Positions 8,689 to 16,140 of a stretch of 64,000 bases of DNA are shown here, piece after piece. The DNA comes from Clostridia bacterium (GTDB taxonomy: Bacteria > Bacillota > Clostridia > Oscillospirales > Acutalibacteraceae), in the NCBI GenBank assembly GCA_017544665.1, contig JAFYDS010000035.1, forward strand, positions 1,478 through 65,477, in the 5' to 3' direction. A program made the position numbers and the translations under genes. Positions within the stretch are counted from its first letter, which is position 1. Each line of letters begins with the position of its first letter. The notes beneath the pieces are model-generated. The model saw only the letters and a list, made by a program, of their open reading frames with translations. It ran no database searches and was not told where the DNA came from.

Positions 8689-9551
8689 TTTGACACCTCC
8701 AGTCGCTGTAGGATCACGGGAAAGAAACAAAGCAAACTATAAAGCAGCGCGCAGAAGAGCGCGAGCGGGGTCGCGTCCGCGCTGTGCGGGGCGGGAAAGT
8801 ATTCGAACCGAAGCAGTCCCGCCGCGTATGCGCCGCAGACTGTGAGCGCTACGCAAAGGAGCACCGGCAGGCAGAGCTTGTCGCGTTCATGCAGCGCGAA
8901 GCGGCTGTAGACTGTGCGGCCCGGCAGCCCGTAGCCGCGGCTTCTCATCGCGTCGGAGACGGCGATCGCGTCTGTCAGCGCGGCGCGCAGCCGGGTCTGA
9001 AACGCCGTAAACGCGCGGCGCAGCGCTTCTCGTTTTGTCCTCGGCGGACCGAGGAGACAGATCTGCGCGTCGCGGGTGCGCTCCAGCGCGCGGCGAAACG
9101 CCGGCAGAAACCGCAGACACAGCCGCAGCAGCAGCGTCAGCGAGGGCGCGGCGCGCGAGAAGAGGTACAGCCCCTTTTCGCTCGTCATCACCGCCGTATA
9201 GCAGCGAAACCACAGCAGCACGGAAAGTAGCAGACACGCGCTCATCACGCCGTACAGCAGACTTTCGCCGGTACAGGGATTGCCCCAGGGGAAGTAGAAC
9301 AGGATATGGACGCCGCGGTGGTTGAACAAAGGGTTCAGCAGCGCGGCGAACGCGCAAAGCGGCAGCGCGCCGCGAAGCACGAACCGCAGCGCTTTGCCGG
9401 GGTACAGCACCGCGTGGCAGCAAAGCGCGCCGCAAAGAGAAATCAGCCGAAACAGCGGGTGGTCCAGCAGGAGCGTTCCGCCGACGGCGCACACAAAAAA
9501 GAGCAGGCTCACGCCCGGATGTAAGCGGTCCATTGCGCTTGTCCGTTCCAT
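8661..9551 (-). CDS. ecfT: ECF transporter transmembrane (T) component, EcfT/CbiQ family
   Basis: Polytopic membrane protein with coupling-helix-like 'DAMRSRGYG'. AAAGGAG RBS. Its 3' end overlaps the start of the ATPase fusion by 28 nt. Confidence 0.85.
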   Translation of the reverse strand: MERTSAMDRLHPGVSLLFFVCAVGGTLLLDHPLFRLISLCGALCCHAVLYPGKALRFVLRGALPLCAFAALLNPLFNHRGVHILFYFPWGNPCTGESLLYGVMSACLLLSVLLWFRCYTAVMTSEKGLYLFSRAAPSLTLLLRLCLRFLPAFRRALERTRDAQICLLGPPRTKREALRRAFTAFQTRLRAALTDAIAVSDAMRSRGYGLPGRTVYSRFALHERDKLCLPVLLCVALTVCGAYAAGLLRFEYFPAPHSADATPLALFCALLYSLLCFFPVILQRLEVSKWRTLPSKT

Positions 9552-9573
9552 GAGTCTGCTCCTTTCGGTGAGA

Positions 9574-10422
9574 TTAAGAATAGTTGTTGTGGCCGCCGAT
9601 GTCGCCGCCGAGATTGCAGGTGTAGCGCCACGCGATCACGTCGCCGTTTTGCAGCTTGTAGTCGGCGCATCCGTAGTTCGGGAACACGCCGTTGACGCTG
9701 TACATCCAGCCGGAGGCGGGGCCGCCGTCGAATTCATAGAGGTTGCCTATGCCCTCGATATAGGCGGTCTGATACAGCGGCGCGATGGAAAACTCCATCT
9801 GCAGCCCGTTTTGGCGGCAGGTGCGCTTGAGCACGTCGAAGACGCTTTCGCCCGCCGTGAACGTGACGCTGCGGGACGACAGCAGAACGCCGTTTTGCGG
9901 CACGAGCGCGCGCTTGCTTTCGTCGAGTTCGTCGAGATGATTCAGCAGCGTTTTGCAGTCGATCGCCAGCGTACAGGTCAGTGTCTGCGGCTGCGTCGTG
10001 GTTGGCGCGGTCGTGGCTTTCGTCGTCGGTGCGGCAGTCGTCGTCGCGGGATGCGTCGTGGCGCGGGCGGTGGTCGCCGCCGTGGTTGCCGCGGGGTGGG
10101 TCGTTGTGGGGGGCGCAGCCTTAGTTGTGGTTTGCTTTGTCGTTGCCGCCGTCGTTGTAGCTGGAGCGGCGGTCGTGGTCGTCTGCGCTGCCGTTGTCGT
10201 CGGTGCGGCAGTCGTTGTTGGGACCGTCGTCTCTGTGGTTGTCGGCGCAGTTGTCGTGATTTCCGCTGCCGCGGTCGAGGAAACGGCCTCCGTACCTGCG
10301 GCAGTTGTGGAAATCGTCGTTGCCGCTTCGGTCGTCGATACCGGCGGCGTTTCTGTCTGTCCGCAGGCGCAAAGCAGCAGGCAAAGTGCCGCGCAGAGCA
10401 GCAAAAACAGTTTACGCGGCAT
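9574..10422 (-). CDS. Lipoprotein with Thr/Ala-rich linker and C-terminal DUF4430-like (transcobalamin beta-domain-like) domain
   Basis: Lipobox 'LLLCACG'. C-terminus 'GIGNLYEFDGGPASGWMYSVNGVFPNYGCADYKLQNGDVIAWRY'. GGGAGGTG RBS. Overlaps the upstream stop codon. Confidence 0.8.
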   Translation of the reverse strand: MPRKLFLLLCAALCLLLCACGQTETPPVSTTEAATTISTTAAGTEAVSSTAAAEITTTAPTTTETTVPTTTAAPTTTAAQTTTTAAPATTTAATTKQTTTKAAPPTTTHPAATTAATTARATTHPATTTAAPTTKATTAPTTTQPQTLTCTLAIDCKTLLNHLDELDESKRALVPQNGVLLSSRSVTFTAGESVFDVLKRTCRQNGLQMEFSIAPLYQTAYIEGIGNLYEFDGGPASGWMYSVNGVFPNYGCADYKLQNGDVIAWRYTCNLGGDIGGHNNYS

Positions 10423-11737
10423 GGCGCACCTCCCGTTTTTTCAGCAGAGACAGCACAGCGCACGCCAGAAGCAGCGTCAGCGCGGCAGGCAGTACGAACG
10501 AGACTTCACCGGTGTGCGGCGTCGCTTCTTTCCGCGCGGCGGTCGTTGCGGGCGCGGCGGTGGTTGTCGGCTTCGCCGTGGTCGGTTCCGCCGCCGGTTT
10601 TGTCGTTGTTATTTCAGTGACTGCTTCGGTGGTCGTCGGCGTGGCCTTTGTCGTCACGGGAGCAGTCGGTGTTTCTGCTGCCGCTTCGGTCGGCACAGTC
10701 GGCTCCGTTGGCGGCTCCGTCGTCGGTTCTTCCATCGGTTCTTCCGCTGCGGGCGTGACGTCCGTGCAGTCGAACAGGAAGGGCTGCCCCTTCAACAGGC
10801 GGTCATAGGCAAGCAGGGCGTAGGTCGCCTGCTCGCTCGCCTGGACGCTCCATTTCTGGCTGTCCTGCGTGTGGACAAAGGCGCGCGCTTCGGGCTGCCA
10901 CGCGTTCAGCAGACAGTCGATCGGCGTGACGCCGTTCTTCTGCAGCCGCGCGTCCGCGGCGGGGTCGATACCCCAGGCGCAGCAGGCCAGCACGACCTGC
11001 GCCGCGCTTTCGGTGTTTTCCGCGCCGATGGTGGCAAAGTTGCCGTTCTCTTTTTGGGCGGCGGACAGCAGCGCAAAGCCGCGGTCACCGACGGCGGCGA
11101 CCGCCGGGTCGTCCCGGTAGGGCGCGAGCCCCTGCAGCACGATGGCGGTGATGTCCACGTCGCTGACGTCGCCCCAGATCGACCAGCCGCCGTCGTCAAA
11201 CTGCGACTGTACCAGATAATCGACGCACTGGGTGCGGATCGTGGGGTCGGCAGTCTCATAGCCGCCGCTGTTCAGCGCGAGCAGGGCGTAGGCGACGGCG
11301 TTGTAGCTTTGCTTCTTGATCCAGCTGAAATCCTCGTACGGGCGCAGCAAATCCCAGCCCCCGACGTCATGCGGATCTTTGCCGAGGGCAGTCAGCGCCA
11401 GTATGGTGCGCGCGTTGTCGGTCGATTTCAGGTCGTGCAGCGCGCCGTCCTGCCGGACGGTTTTCGCCGCGAGCTCCTGTACGGACGCCTCCACCCGCGT
11501 GTAATACGCCGCGACGGCGGGGGTGTTCGCGTTCCAACGGCCGCTGCGCGCGAGGGTGAACACGGTCCAGTCGCCGCCGATCGACGTCGGCTGCAGCGTT
11601 GTGTTCTCTTCGGCGAGCCGGTCCAAAGAAGCCTGCAGCACCGATTCATAAGCGAGCGGCGCCGCCGCCAGCGCCGCCGCGGGCAGAGAAAGCCCGCAAA
11701 GCAGCGTCAGCAGCAGCGCGAAGATGCGTCGTTTCAT
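10412..11737 (-). CDS. Secreted alpha/alpha-toroid (prenyltransferase/terpene-cyclase-repeat-like) protein with sortase-type C-terminal sorting signal
   Basis: Signal peptide. Repeats with 'DDGGWSIWG' and 'ENGNFAT'. Thr/Pro-rich stalk, then 'TPHTGE' plus a hydrophobic helix plus 'KKREVRHAA'. ATGA overlap with the upstream gene. Confidence 0.75.
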   Translation of the reverse strand: MKRRIFALLLTLLCGLSLPAAALAAAPLAYESVLQASLDRLAEENTTLQPTSIGGDWTVFTLARSGRWNANTPAVAAYYTRVEASVQELAAKTVRQDGALHDLKSTDNARTILALTALGKDPHDVGGWDLLRPYEDFSWIKKQSYNAVAYALLALNSGGYETADPTIRTQCVDYLVQSQFDDGGWSIWGDVSDVDITAIVLQGLAPYRDDPAVAAVGDRGFALLSAAQKENGNFATIGAENTESAAQVVLACCAWGIDPAADARLQKNGVTPIDCLLNAWQPEARAFVHTQDSQKWSVQASEQATYALLAYDRLLKGQPFLFDCTDVTPAAEEPMEEPTTEPPTEPTVPTEAAAETPTAPVTTKATPTTTEAVTEITTTKPAAEPTTAKPTTTAAPATTAARKEATPHTGEVSFVLPAALTLLLACAVLSLLKKREVRHAA

Positions 11738-12627
11738 CAGCCGATCTTGAACAGGTTCTTGAAGAAGGCGAGGATGCTGTTGAAGAACGCGACAATGCGA
11801 TCCCAGAAGGAGGCCGCGGTCTCTTCGGGCACGTTCAGCGCGGGGATCGTGGCGTCAACGTCCGCCTGCGTGGCGTCCAGCTTTTCGAGCACGGGCTTCG
11901 CCTGCTTCTTCGTGGCATTGTTGGTGCTTTCGGCATAGGCGATCATCGCCTTGTCCTTATTCGCGTGCGCATAGTACGGCGCGCTGCCGTCCCAGCCGGT
12001 GTAGCCGAGGATGCGGTTCATATCCAGACCCTTGACGTCGCCTTCATCGGGCGTACTGAGCGCAAATTGCATACGGATGACATAGGTGCTGCCGTAGCTG
12101 TTCTGGGTCGTGGCGCTTTTCAGGACGTTATCGCAAAGCGCGTCCCAGGGCATCTCGTCGTTGAGCGTGTACATCCAGCCGGCCCACGCCGCATAGTCGC
12201 CGCCGCCGAGGTCTTTGTCAGTGTTCTTGACGTAGTTGTCGTTCGACGGACCGCCGTTTGCGGTGACAACGGCCGGGAAGTTGACCTTGCCGTCGTCGAT
12301 GTTGCGAACGATGTTGATAGAACCGCCGTTCGTCCATGTACCGCCGTCATACAGCACGGCAGACAGACTGTTGTCATTGAGCATCGCGAGCACTGCCATA
12401 CCGGCGGTCAGCGTATCCTCGGTATAGGGACCGAAGCCGTCTTTCGCGATCAGGTCGTTGATCTGAGAGACCGTGTATTCGGTCGGTTCCACAAAGTAGC
12501 CCTTGCCGAGGGTGAAGCCTTCGAGCGAGACGACGACCTTCATGGCGTCGCCCGCGGCAAAGCCATGAAGCGGTACCGCCGTGCAAAGCAGCAGGCAGAC
12601 AAGCAGGATGGATACGAGTTTTTTCAT
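11737..12627 (-). CDS. Secreted DUF4430-like domain protein with C-terminal amphipathic tail
   Basis: Start at MKKLVSILL (GGGAGAG RBS) with a signal peptide. 'AAWAGWMYTLNDEMPW' core. First gene downstream of the cobalamin riboswitch. Confidence 0.75.
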   Translation of the reverse strand: MKKLVSILLVCLLLCTAVPLHGFAAGDAMKVVVSLEGFTLGKGYFVEPTEYTVSQINDLIAKDGFGPYTEDTLTAGMAVLAMLNDNSLSAVLYDGGTWTNGGSINIVRNIDDGKVNFPAVVTANGGPSNDNYVKNTDKDLGGGDYAAWAGWMYTLNDEMPWDALCDNVLKSATTQNSYGSTYVIRMQFALSTPDEGDVKGLDMNRILGYTGWDGSAPYYAHANKDKAMIAYAESTNNATKKQAKPVLEKLDATQADVDATIPALNVPEETAASFWDRIVAFFNSILAFFKNLFKIG

Positions 12628-12689
12628 TACAATCTCTCCCTTGAGAAAAGTATTAGCTAAAAAGCGCGCAGCCAAACGCAAACAATTTG

Positions 12690-12900
12690 CGTTTCGGTTG
12701 CACGCTTCACGCCCAATCATGAACCCCAAAAAGACCACGGCAGGTGCCTGACTGATGAACAAACGTATAGAAACGCCATTGCGGGTGTTTGTTCAAACAC
12801 AGGAATGGCGGTTGCTCCGGATTTGAACCGGATTCCCTCAGCGGCTTTCTGCCGCTCCTTACTCAGCTCACAACTTTTCAAACCGTGTCTTTGCTATTCG
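12690..12900 (-). promoter_or_regulatory. Cobalamin (B12) riboswitch
   Basis: Minus strand reads 'GAGGGAATCCGGTTCAAATCCGGAGCAACCGCC' (core, 12805..12837). It also has the B12-box-like 'AGTCAGGCACCTGCC' (12739..12754), one nt shorter than consensus. Located in the 5' leader of the operon. Confidence 0.8.
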
Positions 12901-12909
12901 GTTGTGTAT

Positions 12910-12938
12910 AGCTTACCACAAACAGGGAAAAAAGTCAA
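12910..12938 (-). promoter_or_regulatory. Sigma70-type promoter driving the riboswitch and operon
   Basis: Minus strand TTGACT-17 nt-TAAGCT immediately upstream of the riboswitch. Confidence 0.5.
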
Positions 12939-13023
12939 GGGGAGGGAAGGGGGAATAAGGGGTTGAGGGACAAGGGACTATGGACTATGGGCCAGGGAAT
13001 GGAAAGGGAGATCTCTGACCACT

Positions 13024-13057
13024 AAAAAAGACTCCCGCGCCGCGGGAGTCTTTTTTT
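13024..13057. terminator. Bidirectional intrinsic terminator downstream of jag
   Basis: aaaaaa-gactcccgcg/cgcgggagtc-ttttttt. Confidence 0.8.
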
Positions 13058-14043
13058 CAGTTCAGTTTGCCGTAGAGCGAGACACCTTCGGCACCGGCGT
13101 CGGTCTTCGGCGCGCGGGTCGGCGCGCTGACTGTCTGGCTGCCGCCGCGGTTGCCGCCGCGACCGCCTCTGCCGCCGCGACCGCTGTTTCTGCCGCGGTT
13201 GCCGCCGTTTCTGCCGCCGCCCGGATGGGTCGGTTTGACGCCTTCGGCGAGGGTGATCACCACGCGGCGGTCGTCGTCGTTGCCGACGGAGTGCGAGGTG
13301 ACGCCTTCGATTTCCTGGATCGTCGTGTGGATGATCCGGCGCTCATAGGGGTTCATCGGCTCGAACGTAAAGTTGCGGCCGTATTTGAGCACGCGGTCGG
13401 CGTTCTTCTTCGCGAGTGAGGCGAGCGTGCTCTTTCTCTTTTCGCGGTAGTTGCCGACATTGATCGAGATGCGGGAATACTCTCCCTCGGTCTTTTGCTT
13501 GTTGGCGACCAGTCTGGTCAGATACTGGATCGCGTCCAGCGTTTCGCCGCGGCGGCCGATCACGATCCCGTAATCTTCCCCGCAGTCCAGTTCGAGCAGC
13601 ACTTCGTTGTCCGCGTGGACAAACGCCTTCAGCGAAGGCTCCCGGACGCCCATCAGCTTCACCATTTCCAGCAGATAGGCTGCGCCGGCTTTCACGCCGG
13701 GCTTCGCGTCGATCGCGATCTCGGTCTTCGGAGCGGCTTCCTCCTGCTGCGGCGCGGGCTGCTGCTTCTTTGCAGCTTTCGGCTGCTGCGGCTGCTGTGC
13801 CGCCTTCTGCGGCGCGGGCTGCTGCTTTTGCGGCTTCGGCTGCTGCTTCTTCACCGGCGCGTCCGGCGTTTCGTAATAAGCGCGGGCTTCGGCTTTCTTC
13901 TTGAACAGGCCGAGCAGACCCTTCGACGGATGGGAGATCAACTCCGCGTGCACGTCGGCGTCCGCCGGGGCGTTCAACGCTTCTCTGGCGTTTTTCAGCG
14001 CCTCTTCGATCGTCGCGCCCTGCGCTTTTGCTTCATGAATCAT
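13057..14043 (-). CDS. khpB: Jag/KhpB RNA-binding protein (Jag_N, KH, R3H) with Gln/Pro-rich insert and RGG-rich tail
   Basis: 'MNPYERRIIHTTIQEIEGVTSHSVG' (R3H) and its position downstream of yidC. Insert 'KKQQPKPQKQQPAPQKAAQQPQQPKAAKKQQPAPQQ'. Tail 'GGGRNGGNRGRNSGRGGRGGRGGNRGG'. Confidence 0.85.
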   Translation of the reverse strand: MIHEAKAQGATIEEALKNAREALNAPADADVHAELISHPSKGLLGLFKKKAEARAYYETPDAPVKKQQPKPQKQQPAPQKAAQQPQQPKAAKKQQPAPQQEEAAPKTEIAIDAKPGVKAGAAYLLEMVKLMGVREPSLKAFVHADNEVLLELDCGEDYGIVIGRRGETLDAIQYLTRLVANKQKTEGEYSRISINVGNYREKRKSTLASLAKKNADRVLKYGRNFTFEPMNPYERRIIHTTIQEIEGVTSHSVGNDDDRRVVITLAEGVKPTHPGGGRNGGNRGRNSGRGGRGGRGGNRGGSQTVSAPTRAPKTDAGAEGVSLYGKLN

Positions 14044-14081
14044 TTGATATCACCACCGTATCATACGTTTGTTGTCTGTTG

Positions 14082-15074
14082 TTATGTCGGATCACCTTGC
14101 GCCGCGTCGGCAGAGAGTTGTTTCTTCGTCTGCTCGTAGGAGCGGCGGTAGATCGTCTCGTCGACCATCATGCGGGCAATGGTCTTTCTCGGCGCGTAGA
14201 TGTGGCCGAGGAGCAGGGTCTGGAAGAACGCGAAGATATTGGAGAGGATCCAGTACATACCCATTGCGGCGGGGAACTGGAACGTGAACCAGAGAGACAT
14301 AAGCGGCATGGTGAGCATCATGCAGCCCATCATCTGGGCGTTTTCCATATTGGGGTTGTTTTTCTTCTGGCGCATCTGGGTCAGAACGCTCGTCATCATG
14401 CTCGTCAGGAAAGACAAAAGAGGTATGAGAAGTAAAATCTTTGCCTGCGTCGTCGAGGAGGAGAGGTTCTTCAGCGTAGCGATGTCGGGGACTGCGCCGA
14501 GGTCGATCCCGAAGACGGTGAAATCGAAATCACGGATCTTCTGGATCTCCGCCGGAAATTTCGCGGCGGTTTCCGGAATCTTGACCACGAGCTTGTCGAT
14601 GTTGGAGATCAGCGACGTTTCGATATAGGCGAGACCGCGCGACGAGAGATTGAGACTCGTTTTGGCGACGTTCGTCAGCGCCGTGAGCAGCTCGTCCGGA
14701 ATCTGCAGCACATATTTGAGCGGCTCGCGCACCACGCCGTACAGACCCCAGAGGATGGGGAGCTGGAACAGCAGCGGCATGCAGGAGCCGGCCATGGCGC
14801 TGTAGCCTTCGCGCTGATAGAGTTCGTTGGTCTCTTCCTGGATCTTCTGGTTGCGTTCCTGCGGCGCGTAATCCTGATACTTTTCACGGATCCGCTTGAT
14901 TTTGGGCTGCATCCGCACCTGTGTGGCGGAGCTCTTTTGCTGCTTGATATTGGTCGGCATGATAATCAGCCGGAAGAACAGGGTGAAGATCAGCAGCGCA
15001 AGCCCGTAGTTGTTGATAAAGGAATACAGAATACGGAACAGGAACCCGAAGATCGAGTAAAAAAATGCGAACAT
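14082..15074 (-). CDS. yidC: Membrane protein insertase YidC/SpoIIIJ
   Basis: YidC/Oxa1-like polytopic sequence. GGAGGT RBS. Conserved context rnpA-yidD-yidC-jag. Confidence 0.9.
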   Translation of the reverse strand: MFAFFYSIFGFLFRILYSFINNYGLALLIFTLFFRLIIMPTNIKQQKSSATQVRMQPKIKRIREKYQDYAPQERNQKIQEETNELYQREGYSAMAGSCMPLLFQLPILWGLYGVVREPLKYVLQIPDELLTALTNVAKTSLNLSSRGLAYIETSLISNIDKLVVKIPETAAKFPAEIQKIRDFDFTVFGIDLGAVPDIATLKNLSSSTTQAKILLLIPLLSFLTSMMTSVLTQMRQKKNNPNMENAQMMGCMMLTMPLMSLWFTFQFPAAMGMYWILSNIFAFFQTLLLGHIYAPRKTIARMMVDETIYRRSYEQTKKQLSADAAQGDPT

Positions 15075-15139
15075 GCGTTACCTCCGTAAAGAATTGGCGG
15101 TTGAATGTTGAATGCCGCGTGCCGGAATAAGGGACGGGT

Positions 15140-15367
15140 TCATCGCTTTTCTCTCTTCGGCGGAACGGGATCATACCCGCCCGGAGAAAGCGGATTGCAC
15201 CGAAGCAATCGCCAGATCGCCAGAAGACCGCCGCGCAGGGCGCCGTGCGTCTCAATGGCTTCGATCGCGTAGCGCGAACAGGTCGGATAGTAGCGGCACA
15301 AAGGCGGCAGATGGTGCGAGATGTGTTCGCGGTAAAAGTGAAGCAAAGAGAGCATCACCCGTTTCAT
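15140..15367 (-). CDS. yidD: Membrane protein insertion efficiency factor YidD
   Basis: '[19 protein letters not shown]' motif; 75 aa. Confidence 0.9.
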   Translation of the reverse strand: MKRVMLSLLHFYREHISHHLPPLCRYYPTCSRYAIEAIETHGALRGGLLAIWRLLRCNPLSPGGYDPVPPKREKR

Positions 15368-15702
15368 GCGATCACCCCCAGCGTCTGCAGCGCGTCTTCC
15401 ATCGCGGCGCGTACGACCGGCTCTTTGACACGAGTCGTCTTTGTCCGGGCGACAAAAACGAGGTCCCAGCCGGCAAGATCATGCGCGCACAGCGTGTTTT
15501 GCAGCGCGGCGCGGATCACCCGGCGGGCGCGGTTCCGTTGGACGGCGCCGCCGATCTTTTTGCCGGTCGTGATGCCGACGCGGCAAAGCCCGAGACGGTT
15601 CTTCATGCAATAGACGACCAGCGTGGGTTTCGCGCAGGACTTGCCCTTGTGATACAGCCGCAGAAAATCCTTGTTCAGATTCAGCGAAACAAAAGACGGC
15701 AT
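15364..15702 (-). CDS. rnpA: Ribonuclease P protein component
   Basis: '[16 protein letters not shown]' RNase P motif. ATG at 15702 preferred over the upstream TTG at 15717. Overlaps the yidD start. Confidence 0.9.
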   Translation of the reverse strand: MPSFVSLNLNKDFLRLYHKGKSCAKPTLVVYCMKNRLGLCRVGITTGKKIGGAVQRNRARRVIRAALQNTLCAHDLAGWDLVFVARTKTTRVKEPVVRAAMEDALQTLGVIA

Positions 15703-15741
15703 AGCATCAACCCTCAACGCAAAATGATATGCAGCGGCGGA

Positions 15742-15876
15742 TCAATAGGTCAGTCTTTTTCTGCCCTTCGCGCGTCTGCGGGAAAGAACCTTGCGGCCGT
15801 TTCTCGTTGCCATTCTTTTGCGGAAGCCGTGTTCCATTTTTCTGTGACGTTTTTTCGGTTGATACGTTCTTTTCAT
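15742..15876 (-). CDS. rpmH: 50S ribosomal protein L34 (not in the supplied ORF track)
   Basis: My translation: [55 protein letters not shown]. The 83-aa track ORF here is in the wrong frame. Confidence 0.95.
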   Translation of the reverse strand: MKRTYQPKKRHRKMEHGFRKRMATRNGRKVLSRRRAKGRKRLTY

Positions 15877-15988
15877 TGCGATATACCTCCTTTGTTGTAT
15901 ATTGGTCTTGAACGAAACCGCGCCGAAGACTGCGGTTTGTTGTCTTGTTTGAAGGCATAACTTCTCAGTTTACACCTTGCATTTTGAC

Positions 15989-16018
15989 ATTATATCGCAA
16001 AAGAGCGGGTTCTGTCAA
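15989..16018 (-). promoter_or_regulatory. Strong sigma70-type promoter of rpmH-rnpA-yidD-yidC-jag
   Basis: Minus strand TTGACA-18 nt-TATAAT. Confidence 0.65.
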
Positions 16019-16079
16019 CCGATTTGAGAGATTTTATTACTATAATAAGGAGAATAAGTGAAGAAAACAGGCTTCTTTC

Positions 16080-16108
16080 TTGACTTGTACGCTGTAGCGT
16101 GCTAAAAT
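16080..16108 (+). promoter_or_regulatory. Sigma70-type promoter of the GPH transporter gene
   Basis: TTGACT-17 nt-TAAAAT, 33 nt upstream of the ATG. Confidence 0.6.
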
Positions 16109-16140
16109 GAAAGCCGGAATGACCGGAAAGGAGCGAGTCT

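Noticed and set aside
9953-11938. 661-aa plus-strand ORF (and 9322..10620)
   Set aside because: Antisense to the DUF4430 lipoprotein and toroid genes. Long Val/Ala/Gly/Arg runs mirror the Thr/Ala-rich linkers on the true strand.
15707-15958. 83-aa minus-strand ORF over the rpmH region
   Set aside because: Wrong frame. The 44-aa L34 frame (15742..15876), with a perfect RBS and canonical sequence, explains the region.
15877-16140. Canonical oriC in the rpmH upstream spacer
   Set aside because: No TTATCCACA-like boxes or AT-rich unwinding element are visible. The spacer is fully explained by two divergent promoters. The polarity switch is retained only as a finding.
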